Shown: piece after piece, positions 20,002-29,032 of the stretch | How positions within the stretch are numbered: the stretch's first letter is position 1 | How the letters are laid out: every line of letters starts with the position of its first letter | Source: Chitinophaga pinensis | Lineage (GTDB): Bacteria > Bacteroidota > Bacteroidia > UBA7662 | Assembly: GCA_945874665.1 (NCBI GenBank) | Contig: CAMCHJ010000008.1 | Span: forward strand, 3,880-67,879 | Direction of reading: 5' to 3' | Length of the DNA stretch: 64,000 nucleotides | The notes under the pieces: model-generated | What the model saw: only the letters and a program-made list of their open reading frames with translations | Database searches by the model: none | What the model was told of the DNA's origin: nothing | Translations under genes and position numbers: made by a program

Positions 20002-21587
20002 AATCATTTGCCCAGCTTTTTGAGGCCCTCGACCGCAGCAACAGCAACCTAACCAAAGTGGCCGCCTTGGAGCATTACCTGCATACCGCTGTGCCAGAGG
20101 ATGCTATTTGGATGGTGGCTTTGTTTAGCGGCAGGCGGCCCAAGCGACAAATCAACAGCAGTCTTTTGCAGCAATGGGCTGCCGAAGTGAGTGGGTTGAG
20201 CGACTGGATGCTCGCCGAATGCTACCAGCAAGTAGGCGATTTGGCAGAGACCTTGGCCTTGCTACTCCCTTCCCCTTCTCAAACCCAACAGTCGCCACAG
20301 CTCCATCAATTGTTGCAGCTTATTCAGCAGCTCCAGTACGCTAACGAGGCAGAAAAAAAAGCATTTGTACTCCAGTATTGGTCGCAATTAGCTGGCACCG
20401 AACGATTTTTATTCAACAAACTACTCACCGGTGGCTTCCGGGTGGGTGTTTCAGAGAAGTTAGTAGCCAAAGCCTTGGCCAAAGTACATCAAATAGACGA
20501 AGCGGCGGTGGCCTATGCCCTTACTGGCAAATGGCAGCCAGACCAAATGACCTTGGTGCAGCTTTTAGCGGTAGATGCCGCCAGCGACGCTTCGAAGCCT
20601 TACCCCTTCTTTTTGGCTTATCCTTTGGAACAGGCTGTGGCCGATTTGGGTGCCACTGGCGACTGGCAAGCCGAGTGGAAATGGGATGGCATCCGGGCGC
20701 AGCTTATCAAACGATCCGATGCGGTGTATTTGTGGTCGCGGGGCGAAGAACTGCTCAACGAGCAATTCCCCGATTTGTGCGAAGCCTTGAGCGGTTTGCC
20801 TAACGGCACCGTACTCGATGGCGAGCTGCTGTGCGTAGAAAACGGTCAAATACTATCGTTCAACGTCTTGCAGCAACGCCTGGGCAGGAAAAAGCCATCC
20901 AAAAAAATGCAGCAAACACTACCTGCCGCCCTGATGGCTTATGATTTGCTTGAACTCGGTGGTCAAGACCTCCGCTCCCTACCCCTCCACCAACGCCGCC
21001 AGCAACTCGAACAGCTGCTGGCCGAACATGCCTCACCGGCCTTGCTTTTGTCGGAAAGTTTGGCTTTTGAAGATTGGCAGCAGCTTACCGACTTTCGAGA
21101 ACAAGGGCGCGCGCAACTTGCCGAAGGACTCATGCTCAAGCGCTTGGAGGCGCCATACGAGCAGGGCCGCAAAAAAGGCAGCTGGTGGAAATGGAAAGTA
21201 GCGCCTTTAAGCATCGACGCCGTTTTGCTGTACGCCCAAAAAGGGCACGGTCGCAGGGCCAATTTGTTTACCGACTACACCTTTGCCCTGTGGGAAGGCA
21301 CGCAGTTGGTTACCTTTGCCAAGGCGTACAGCGGTCTCACCGACAAAGAAATCAAAGCCGTCGACACCTTCATCAAAGCCAACACCCTCGAAAAATTCGG
21401 TCCCGTGCGCACCGTCAAGCCCGAGCTCGTATTCGAAATTGCCTTTGAAGGCTTGCAGCCCAGCAACCGCCACAAAGCTGGGGTAGCGGTGCGTTTTCCA
21501 AGGATTTTGCGGTGGCGGCACGATAAAACCGTTGACCAAGCCAATCACTTAACCGATTTAAAAGCCCTGTTACCCGCTTCCCTCTAA
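19998..21587 (+). CDS. ATP-dependent DNA ligase (ligase-associated DNA damage response type)
   Basis: 529 aa. Adenylation motif I KxDG (EWKWDGIRAQ), OB-fold region, and an N-terminal extension typical of the ligase found with the exonuclease. Overlaps the exonuclease gene by 4 nt. Confidence 0.85.
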   Translation: MKSFAQLFEALDRSNSNLTKVAALEHYLHTAVPEDAIWMVALFSGRRPKRQINSSLLQQWAAEVSGLSDWMLAECYQQVGDLAETLALLLPSPSQTQQSPQLHQLLQLIQQLQYANEAEKKAFVLQYWSQLAGTERFLFNKLLTGGFRVGVSEKLVAKALAKVHQIDEAAVAYALTGKWQPDQMTLVQLLAVDAASDASKPYPFFLAYPLEQAVADLGATGDWQAEWKWDGIRAQLIKRSDAVYLWSRGEELLNEQFPDLCEALSGLPNGTVLDGELLCVENGQILSFNVLQQRLGRKKPSKKMQQTLPAALMAYDLLELGGQDLRSLPLHQRRQQLEQLLAEHASPALLLSESLAFEDWQQLTDFREQGRAQLAEGLMLKRLEAPYEQGRKKGSWWKWKVAPLSIDAVLLYAQKGHGRRANLFTDYTFALWEGTQLVTFAKAYSGLTDKEIKAVDTFIKANTLEKFGPVRTVKPELVFEIAFEGLQPSNRHKAGVAVRFPRILRWRHDKTVDQANHLTDLKALLPASL

Positions 21588-21644
21588 GCCCCCTATCCAC
21601 AAATTAAACCCGTATTCAGCAGCAACTAACCGTATCTTTATCCC

Positions 21645-22340
21645 ATGCAAACCTCCGATTACATTATCATTACAGGCGTAAGTAAAGGCATTGGCTTGGC
21701 CACTGTTCAACTATTAAACCAACAAGGTTACCGCGTGGCGGGTTGGGGCCGTACGGCACCGGCGTACACCCACCCCGATTTCCACTTTTTTAGCTGCGAC
21801 GTGTCCGACTTTGCGCAAGTAGAAGCGGCTTGGCAGCAAACCCAGGCCAAGATGGGCACGCAGTTGTACGGACTCCTAAACAACGCCGGTTTTGGGCATT
21901 TTGGGAAGGTGGAGGAGCTGCCGCTAGAAAAATGGCACGCCATGTTTAACACCAATGTAAACGGACTCATGTATTGCACGCGGGTGGTGGTGCCCACGTT
22001 AAAAGCGCGACAAGCTGGCCACATCATCAACATCAGCTCCATTGCAGGCTTGAATGGCATTGTGCAAGGCAGCGGTTATTCCGCCACCAAATTTGCGGTG
22101 CGCGGCATCAGTCATTCGCTGTACGCCGAGCTGCGTGAAGACGGCATTAAGGTTAGTTGCGTGTACCCCGGTTCGGTAGCTACGAACTTTTTTGATGAAG
22201 TAGAGGGCGTTACCATCAACCCCAACATGCTGCAGCCGCAAGATGTGGCAACGCTCTTGGTGCAGCTGCTGCAATCGTCGCCTAATTTTTTGACAGTCGA
22301 TGTAGAAATCAGGCCGTTGCAACCCAAGGGGAAGAAGTAG
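21645..22340 (+). CDS. SDR family oxidoreductase
   Basis: TGxxxGxG-like N-terminus (IITGVSKGIGLA), catalytic YxxxK (YSATK), NNAG motif. Confidence 0.88.
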   Translation: MQTSDYIIITGVSKGIGLATVQLLNQQGYRVAGWGRTAPAYTHPDFHFFSCDVSDFAQVEAAWQQTQAKMGTQLYGLLNNAGFGHFGKVEELPLEKWHAMFNTNVNGLMYCTRVVVPTLKARQAGHIINISSIAGLNGIVQGSGYSATKFAVRGISHSLYAELREDGIKVSCVYPGSVATNFFDEVEGVTINPNMLQPQDVATLLVQLLQSSPNFLTVDVEIRPLQPKGKK

Positions 22341-22475
22341 CCCCCCTTCGGCAAGCTCAGGGACCGCCTTCGACCGGCGGGCCCTTCGATGAACTCAGGG
22401 ACCACCTTCGACAAGCTCAGGGACCGCCGTCGAACCCCAGGGACCAGCTTGGATGCTTCGAACAACTCAGCAAGC
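22341..22475 (+). repeat. tandem array of ~22-bp repeat TTCGAYAARCTCAGGGACCRCC (locus 1, ~5-6 partly degenerate units)
   Basis: Directly visible, for example TTCGACAAGCTCAGGGACCGCC at 22407-22428, and begins right after the SDR stop codon. The six-frame ORFs here (FDKLRD../SLSLSK..) are artefacts of the repeats. Confidence 0.85.
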
Positions 22476-22595
22476 GCTGCTTGCCTATTGCAGCTGAGAA
22501 ATATGCAGCCATTTTTCTCCCCTCCTTTTTTTCGCCCTTAACGCATTTATGCCTATTATTGCAGTCGCAAAAAATCTGGAAATAAAGAACTTTAC

Positions 22596-23579
22596 ATGAG
22601 AGAAATTCAAATGCGCGAAGCCCTGCGAGAAGCCATGCAGGAAGAAATGCGCAGAGACGATCGCGTGTTTTTAATGGGCGAAGAAGTTGCCCAATACAAC
22701 GGTGCCTACAAGGTTAGTCAGGGCATGCTCGACGAATTTGGCGACCGCCGCGTTATCGACACCCCCATTGCCGAGCTGGGTTTTGCAGGTATTGGCGTAG
22801 GTGCGGCCATGAATGGCTTGCGGCCAATCATTGAGTTTATGACCTTCAACTTTTCGTTGGTGGCCATCGACCAGATTGTAAACGCTGCGGCTAAGGTTTT
22901 ATCGATGTCGGGCGGACAGTTTGGCGCACCCATGGTGTTTCGCGGTCCTTCGGGCTCGGCTGGCACCCTCGGCGCACAACACTCGCAGGTATTCGAAAGC
23001 TGGTACGCCAACGTGCCGGGCCTCAAAGTCATCTCCCCTTCTACCCCTTACGACGCCAAGGGCTTGCTGAAGTCGGCCATCCGCGACAACGACCCCGTGA
23101 TTTTTATGGAGTCGGAGCAAATGTACGGCGACAAAGGCGAGGTGCCCGAAGGCGAATACCTCATTCCCATTGGCGTAGCCGATGTGAAGCGTGCCGGTAC
23201 CGACATTACCCTCGTTTCTTACAATAAAATGATGAAAGTGGCGCTGGCTTCTGCTGAGGCGTTGGCTGCTGAAGGCATTTCTGCCGAGGTGATCGACCTG
23301 CGCACCATCCGTCCGCTCGACCACGCGACCATCATCAACAGCGTTAAAAAAACCAACCGCTTGGTGGTCATCGACGAAAGCTGGCCTTACGGCGGCATTT
23401 CTTCGGAGATTGCTTACCGCGTGCAGAAAGATGCGTTCGATTACCTCGACGCACCGGTGGTTCGTATCAACGGCGCCGACGTATCGATGCCTTACGCCAT
23501 GAACCTGGTGCAGGCCTATTTGCCTTCTGTAGAGAAGGTGGTGAAGGCCGTGAAGGAAGTGATGTACGTGAAAAAATAA
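22596..23579 (+). CDS. pdhB: alpha-ketoacid (pyruvate/acetoin) dehydrogenase E1 component beta subunit
   Basis: Transketolase-like pyrimidine-binding and C-terminal domains (..IDTPIAELGFAGIGVGAAMNGLRPIIEFMTFNF..); 327 aa. Confidence 0.88.
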   Translation: MREIQMREALREAMQEEMRRDDRVFLMGEEVAQYNGAYKVSQGMLDEFGDRRVIDTPIAELGFAGIGVGAAMNGLRPIIEFMTFNFSLVAIDQIVNAAAKVLSMSGGQFGAPMVFRGPSGSAGTLGAQHSQVFESWYANVPGLKVISPSTPYDAKGLLKSAIRDNDPVIFMESEQMYGDKGEVPEGEYLIPIGVADVKRAGTDITLVSYNKMMKVALASAEALAAEGISAEVIDLRTIRPLDHATIINSVKKTNRLVVIDESWPYGGISSEIAYRVQKDAFDYLDAPVVRINGADVSMPYAMNLVQAYLPSVEKVVKAVKEVMYVKK

Positions 23580-23599
23580 GCTGTTTATCAGCTGCAAAT

Positions 23600-23640
23600 A
23601 GCAAAAGCCGGGGCCTAGAGGTCTCGGCTTTTTTGTTTGA
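23600..23640 (+). terminator. putative terminator after pdhB
   Basis: GC-rich imperfect hairpin (AGCCGGGGCCTAGAGGTCTCGGCT) followed by TTTTTTGTTT. Confidence 0.45.
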
Positions 23641-23709
23641 TGCCAAGCCGACAGCCGGACTGCCTCCCCCCTTTAGTCTGCTTTTTACAACAGCATGCCG
23701 ACGGCTCAG

Positions 23710-24870
23710 TTACTGCCGCTTGATGGCGCGCCAACTCACAGGAGGCGCTGCTTGGAGTCCCTGCAGCTTCATCATGTGTTGGTAAAGGTCGGTGTTTTCT
23801 TGGATGCCCGTGAACCAGTCGGCACCCGGACCAAAGGCAAACACCGGTACCATCACGGCCGTATGTTTGGTGGAGGTGAAAGCGCCCTTCACGGTACCCT
23901 TCACAAAATCGCCACCCGCAAGCGCAAAACCGCCTGTTTCATGGTCTGCCGTTTCAATCACCAGCGTTTCGCCATCCTTTTCGGCAAAATCGAGCGCCAA
24001 GGCCACGGCTTTGTCGAAGTCGATCATTTCTTGCACAATGTAATCGGCATCGTTGGCATGACCACCCCAGTCAATTTGCGAGCCTTCCACCATCAGAAAA
24101 AAGCCTTTTTCGTTCTGCGAGAGGCGGTCGAGGGCAAAGCTGGTAGCGCGGGGCAAAACATCATCGCGCCCATCGGTCTTTTTAGGTGCCGCATCTTCCC
24201 ACAACAGCGCACCAAAGCGCACATTGGCAGGCAGCTCGTTCATGGCCATTTCGTTATCTACCATAAAAAAGCCACGTTGCTGGGCTTCGGCCACGAGGTC
24301 GCGACCGTCGGTGCGCTGGTTAAAGTATTTGCGACCGCCGCCGATGAAGAGCTGCAGTTTGCTGTTTACGATTTCCCAGGCGATTTCATTGTGCATTTCG
24401 CGGTGCGGCACGTGGGCCACAAACGAAGCCGGGGTAGCGTGGGTAATGGTGCTGGTGGCGATGATGCCCGTGGACTTGCCGGCTTTGGCGGCCGATTCGA
24501 GCACCGTTTCGTGCGCCATGGTATCGGCCGATACGCCGATGGCGTTGTTGTAGGCCTTTTGACCGATGCTAAAAGCCGTTGCCCCCGCACCCGAGTCGGT
24601 AATGAGGTTGTCGAAGCTGTAGGTTTTAATGAAGCCGATGTGTTTAAAGCGCTCCAGGGCCAGCACATTGTGGTTGGCAATCATGCCGCCGTAAATTTGG
24701 CTCGTGCCCATGCCATCGCCAATGAGGAAAATGATGTTTTTAGGCGGTTTTGGTGCCTGTATAGGGATGGCCGTGGTGGCTTCGTTGGGATTAACAGCAA
24801 TTTGCTTAGGACTGTTGCAACCCAGCAGCAAAATGGCCAGCAGGGCAAAAGCGGCGTGCATCTTCTTCAT
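23710..24870 (-). CDS. phoA: alkaline phosphatase (PhoA family lipoprotein)
   Basis: Lipoprotein signal (LLLGC), active-site region DGMGTS, metal-ligand motifs; 386 aa. Confidence 0.88.
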   Translation of the reverse strand: MKKMHAAFALLAILLLGCNSPKQIAVNPNEATTAIPIQAPKPPKNIIFLIGDGMGTSQIYGGMIANHNVLALERFKHIGFIKTYSFDNLITDSGAGATAFSIGQKAYNNAIGVSADTMAHETVLESAAKAGKSTGIIATSTITHATPASFVAHVPHREMHNEIAWEIVNSKLQLFIGGGRKYFNQRTDGRDLVAEAQQRGFFMVDNEMAMNELPANVRFGALLWEDAAPKKTDGRDDVLPRATSFALDRLSQNEKGFFLMVEGSQIDWGGHANDADYIVQEMIDFDKAVALALDFAEKDGETLVIETADHETGGFALAGGDFVKGTVKGAFTSTKHTAVMVPVFAFGPGADWFTGIQENTDLYQHMMKLQGLQAAPPVSWRAIKRQ

Positions 24871-24893
24871 GCCGTAAAAATAGGGTTTCGGCT

Positions 24894-25517
24894 TTAGATT
24901 GCAGCGGCTTGGGGGGATGGATTGGGGGCTGGGGGTTGGGTAGAGATGTAAACTCCCCCCTTACCAGCCCCCAGCCGTTCCAACACCACCGCCTGGATGG
25001 CGGCTACGGTAATGGCATCGGTAATGGCGCCAGACTTTACCAGGGCGTAAGCCTCATCGAGACTCACTTTTTTGCGCTGCAGCTGCTCGGTATCTTCGGG
25101 TTCGGGTTCAAATTGGGTGAGCCCGCGGGCTACGTACACAATGGCCAGCTCGTCGCTTACCGAGTTGGAGAGGTGCAGGCGCAGCAGCTCTTGCCAATGC
25201 TCGGCGGTGCAGCCGGTTTCTTCGAGCAGCTCGCGCTGGGCCGAAGCCAGGGGATCGGCCGTAAGTGGCCCCCCGCCCTCGGGCAGCTCCCACGAATAGG
25301 CATTGAGCGGAAAACGGTATTGGCCCACCAGCCACAGCTGCTCGTGCTCGTCGAAAGCCACGATGCCGATGGCCAGGTTTTTAAAATGCACCTTGCCGTA
25401 AATGCCGGGATTGCCGTTGGGGTTGAGCACCTGGTACTCGGTGAGCTGGATCCAGGGGTTGCTGTACACCTCCTTTTCGGCTGTTATTTGCCAGGGGTTG
25501 TGCTGTTCATCAATCAT
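24894..25517 (-). CDS. NUDIX hydrolase
   Basis: Nudix box GGGPLTADPLASAQRELLEETG. The start is set at MIDEQHNPW (the ORF extends 39 nt further). Confidence 0.82.
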   Translation of the reverse strand: MIDEQHNPWQITAEKEVYSNPWIQLTEYQVLNPNGNPGIYGKVHFKNLAIGIVAFDEHEQLWLVGQYRFPLNAYSWELPEGGGPLTADPLASAQRELLEETGCTAEHWQELLRLHLSNSVSDELAIVYVARGLTQFEPEPEDTEQLQRKKVSLDEAYALVKSGAITDAITVAAIQAVVLERLGAGKGGVYISTQPPAPNPSPQAAAI

Positions 25518-25695
25518 GGCTACCTCCAAAATCAAACATGGCGGGTTTGTTTTCAATTACCTGATGGTCTTTGGGTATTTCAAACAGGGCCATGGGCAGC
25601 GCTTCGGGGGAGGTGTTGAGGAGGGTGAGGCGTTTCATTGTTTTGTTTGTTCAAAAATAGGGGCTGGGGGTGAAAAGGTGTGTCTTTTTTTTGAA

Positions 25696-25721
25696 ACACG
25701 GAGGTCACGGAGGACACGGAG
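25696..25721 (+). repeat. 3x tandem CACGGAGG(N) motif flanked by T-runs
   Basis: aCACGGAGGtCACGGAGGaCACGGAGt with T8 on each side; seen directly. Confidence 0.7.
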
Positions 25722-25730
25722 TTTTTTTTA

Positions 25731-25907
25731 GACCGCCCTTCGACAAGCTCAGGGACCACCTTCGATGCTTCGATAAACTCAGCAACCGCAACTGCGTTCT
25801 CCGCGTCCTCCGCGGTAAAAAAAACCGAACACCGCCCTTCGATAAACTCAGGGACCGCCCTTCGACAAGCTCAGGGACCACCTTCGATAAACTCAGGGAC
25901 CGCCTTA
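25731..25907 (+). repeat. tandem array of the same ~22-bp repeat TTCGAYAARCTCAGGGACCRCC (locus 2, 5-6 units)
   Basis: Units at 25739-25760, 25761-25790 (degenerate) and 25839-25904 (three intact units), interrupted by a 40-nt insert with a small hairpin CCGCG-TCCTC-CGCGG. The last unit abuts or overlaps the stop codon of the HDAC-like gene. Confidence 0.85.
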
Positions 25908-26810
25908 TTCGAAAAAGATTTGCTGCGCTAAGCGGTAGGTATTGCAGTGGGCTTCGAGGATGTGGCGGATGTCGGTAGAGTAGCCGCCACCCATGCAGAT
26001 AACCAGCGGCAGGTGCAGGCGGTGGGCTTGGCGCAGCACAAAGGCATCGCGGGCAGCGCAACCGGCGATACTGAGGCCCAGTTTACCGAGTTTGTCGGTG
26101 GCCAACACATCTACCCCGGCTTGGTAGAACATAAAATCGGGTTGGAACTCGGCCAGGATGCGGGTCAGTTGCTCGTCGAGCAGCGCCAAATAGGTGGCAT
26201 CGTCGGTGCCGTTGGGTAGCGGCAGGTCGAGGTTCGACTGTTCTTTGTGGTGCGGGTAATTCGAAGCGCCGTGCATGCTGAACGTAAACACCCGTGGCTC
26301 GTTTTCAAAAATTTTGGCCGTGCCGTTGCCTTGGTGCACATCTAAATCAACCACCAACACGCGCTGGGCCAGACCTTTCGCCAGCAAATGCGCCGCGGCA
26401 ATGGCTTGGTCGTTGAGCAAACAAAAGCCTTCCCCACTATCGGCATAGGCATGGTGCGTGCCTCCCGCCACATTCATGGCCACGCCATGTTGCAGGGCAA
26501 ACTGTGCCGCATCCAAAGTGCCCTGGGCAATGGTTATTTCGCGCTGCACCAAAGCTGCACTTAAAGGAAAGCCAATTTTGCGCATCTCCTTGGGCGTGAG
26601 CTTTAAAGCCTGCATCCGTTGCCAATAGTCGGCGGTATGCACCCGCAAAATAGCCTCCTCGCTGCAGGCCTCGGGCGCAAAAAGCTGGTCGGGCTGGATG
26701 GTGCCTTCGTAGAGCAGTTGCTCGGGAATGAGCTCGTATTTGAGCATCGGAAAACGGTGACCTTCGGGCAGCGGATGGGCGTACAGCGGGTGGTAAGCAA
26801 TTTTGAGCAC
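25905..26810 (-). CDS. histone deacetylase-family amidohydrolase (AcuC/Aph-like)
   Basis: Arginase/deacetylase-fold motifs (..VVDLDVHQGNGTA.., ..FSMHG..), 301 aa. Confidence 0.85.
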   Translation of the reverse strand: MLKIAYHPLYAHPLPEGHRFPMLKYELIPEQLLYEGTIQPDQLFAPEACSEEAILRVHTADYWQRMQALKLTPKEMRKIGFPLSAALVQREITIAQGTLDAAQFALQHGVAMNVAGGTHHAYADSGEGFCLLNDQAIAAAHLLAKGLAQRVLVVDLDVHQGNGTAKIFENEPRVFTFSMHGASNYPHHKEQSNLDLPLPNGTDDATYLALLDEQLTRILAEFQPDFMFYQAGVDVLATDKLGKLGLSIAGCAARDAFVLRQAHRLHLPLVICMGGGYSTDIRHILEAHCNTYRLAQQIFFE

Positions 26811-26879
26811 GGTGTAAAAATAACCATCGGCAAGCGATAATGGTTTGGAAGCTGTGGGAAGCTGATTATCTTAGCGGCT

Positions 26880-27455
26880 ATGTCGAAAAAAATGTTGCTC
26901 CTCTGGTTGCTTTTGGCAGGCTGTAGCGCTTCTAAAAAAGCAAATACCGCTGCTAAACAGGGTTATTACCCGGTGCCGGTTGACCAAGTGATGGGGCACC
27001 TGAATTTAAGCGGCGCCTCGAACTGCTTGTATGTGGCGGGAGATAGTCTTTATTTTATCAGCGCCCTGCAAGCCTATGGCCTCCAGACCGACTTAGCGGC
27101 TACCGAGGCGCAGCTGACCGGCTTTCAAACCAGTCCTGATTTTACTGCACTGGCACTCAGCCAAGTGCTGCTGAGCAAAGGCGGCTTGCGCACCGAACAA
27201 ACCTACGCCCGCATTTTAATTGACCGCAGCAAGGAAGACTTGAAAGCCGATGAACTGGCCGCTTTGATCAATCAGCTGCTGAGCAAACTCGACAATGAAG
27301 GCATTTTGGTGCTCATCAGCCCCAAACAAGACCCCAAAGCCGGGCAAATCACCCAAAAGGCAAACCTACTTTTAACCGAAGCCGGTGGCTACCGCAAATC
27401 TAGCCTCGATACCAGCCTCGCCCCTCACCTACAAGCCCTTATCCTACTCAAATGA
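26880..27455 (+). CDS. hypothetical lipoprotein
   Basis: Lipoprotein signal (LLAGCSAS). Overlaps the downstream AbgT gene start by ATGA. Confidence 0.55.
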   Translation: MSKKMLLLWLLLAGCSASKKANTAAKQGYYPVPVDQVMGHLNLSGASNCLYVAGDSLYFISALQAYGLQTDLAATEAQLTGFQTSPDFTALALSQVLLSKGGLRTEQTYARILIDRSKEDLKADELAALINQLLSKLDNEGILVLISPKQDPKAGQITQKANLLLTEAGGYRKSSLDTSLAPHLQALILLK

Positions 27456-28975
27456 CTATAAAAAAAACCAGTGCCATTGATCGGTTCTTAGGAATCATCG
27501 AAAAAGTAGGCAATGCCCTGCCCCATCCGGCCACCTTATTTGCCGGCTTCGCTTTGTTAGTCGTGCTGCTGTCGTGGGTAGTGGCCCAATTCGGCGTGAG
27601 CGTGGTGCACCCCGGCACCGGCGAAACCGTTACCACTTTTAACTTGCTGTCGGCCGAAGGCCTCCACATGATTTTAACCAAAATGGTGGTCAATTTCACC
27701 TCCTTTGCCCCCCTCGGTACTGTCTTGGTGGCCCTGCTCGGCATCGGCATTGCCGAAGGCAGCGGTTTAATCGGCACGGTGCTGCGTTTGGTGGTGCTTT
27801 CGTCCCCCAAAAAGCTACTCACTTTTGTAATTGTGTTTGCGGGTGTGATGTCGAATACCGCCAGCGAAGTAGGTTACGTATTACTCGTACCCTTGGCAGC
27901 GGTCATTTTTTTAGCGGCGGGAAGGCATCCGTTGGCAGGTTTGGCAGCGGCTTTTGCCGGCGTGTCGGGCGGCTACAGTGCCAATTTGCTGCTGGGCACC
28001 ATCGACCCGCTGCTGGCGGGTTTGTCGGAAGAAGCCGCCCGCATTATTGAGCCCGGCTATGCCGTAAATCCTGCGAGCAACTACTACTTTATGTTTGTAA
28101 GTACCTTTTTGATTTCGGGCTTGGGTACTTGGGTAACCGAAAAAATTGTGGTGCCACGGCTTGGGGAATATACGGGTGATGAAAAGCCAGAAGAAATTCG
28201 CTTCCTGAACACAGAAGAAAAACGCGGTCTTTTGTACGCTGGCATAGCTTTATCGTTGTTTATGGCCTTTATTTTAGGGGGATTGGTGCCTGCCGATGGC
28301 TATTTACGCAACCCAGAAGATGGTGGCATTTTGAAGTCGCCTTTCATGTCGGGCATCGTGGCCTTTATCTTTTTGGTAGCAGCCTTTTGCGGTATCGCGT
28401 ATGGCATTGGCGCCAAGACCTTCAAAAGCGATAGTGATGTGATGAAAGGCATGGCCAAGTCGATGGAAACCCTCGGCTCGTATATTGTACTGGTGTTTTT
28501 TGCAGCGCAGTTTGTAGCGTATTTTAACTGGACCAACCTCGGTTTGATTTTCGCCATCCAAGGCGCCGAAGTGTTGAAATCGAGCGGTCTCAACGACATG
28601 GCCCTCATGGTCGGTTTTATCCTCATTGCGGCCACCATCAACCTCATCATGGGCAGTGCCTCGGCCAAATGGGCCATCATGGCGCCGGTGTTTATCCCCA
28701 TGTTTATGTTGCTGGGCTATTCACCCGAATTTACCCAATGTGCCTACCGCATCGGCGACAGCGTAACCAACATCATCTCTCCCATGATGTCGTATTTTGC
28801 CTTGATTGTGGCCTTTATTCAGCGCTACGACAAAAAAGCCGGCATCGGCACCGTCATCAGCACCATGCTGCCCTACTCGGTGGTGTTTTTGATAGGCTGG
28901 ATTTTGTTGTTCGCGGTATGGATTGCGTTCGACTTGCCTATTGGTCCTGGCGCCCCCCTTTACTACAAACCTTAA
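27452..28975 (+). CDS. AbgT family transporter (p-aminobenzoyl-glutamate / MtrF-like)
   Basis: 507-aa polytopic protein with a conserved AbgT N-terminus ([35 protein letters not shown]). Confidence 0.85.
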   Translation: MTIKKTSAIDRFLGIIEKVGNALPHPATLFAGFALLVVLLSWVVAQFGVSVVHPGTGETVTTFNLLSAEGLHMILTKMVVNFTSFAPLGTVLVALLGIGIAEGSGLIGTVLRLVVLSSPKKLLTFVIVFAGVMSNTASEVGYVLLVPLAAVIFLAAGRHPLAGLAAAFAGVSGGYSANLLLGTIDPLLAGLSEEAARIIEPGYAVNPASNYYFMFVSTFLISGLGTWVTEKIVVPRLGEYTGDEKPEEIRFLNTEEKRGLLYAGIALSLFMAFILGGLVPADGYLRNPEDGGILKSPFMSGIVAFIFLVAAFCGIAYGIGAKTFKSDSDVMKGMAKSMETLGSYIVLVFFAAQFVAYFNWTNLGLIFAIQGAEVLKSSGLNDMALMVGFILIAATINLIMGSASAKWAIMAPVFIPMFMLLGYSPEFTQCAYRIGDSVTNIISPMMSYFALIVAFIQRYDKKAGIGTVISTMLPYSVVFLIGWILLFAVWIAFDLPIGPGAPLYYKP

Positions 28976-29032
28976 ACGCATTGAACAATTTGTAACCTTC
29001 GTTGGTTTAACACCATATTAAAATCTCAAACT

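Noticed and set aside
23695-24897. 400-aa plus-strand ORF and other long antisense ORFs (22899-23597, 24909-25619, 37811-38542, 8254-8850, 33102-33626)
   Set aside because: Each lies entirely antisense to a confidently identified gene (alkaline phosphatase, pdhB, NUDIX, groEL, apbE, T9SS protein). Their low-complexity composition is typical of shadow ORFs in GC-rich third-position genes.
22341-25907. CRISPR array interpretation of the 22-bp repeat clusters
   Set aside because: The repeats are directly abutting with no unique spacers, many copies are degenerate, and there are no cas genes in the window, so this is not CRISPR architecture.
25670-26061. ORFs 25670-25978 (+), 25705-26061 (-) and 22112-22465 (-) with FDKLRD / SLSLSK repeats
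   Set aside because: These are translations of the 22-bp tandem DNA repeats. They overlap the HDAC-like and SDR genes and lack coding features.
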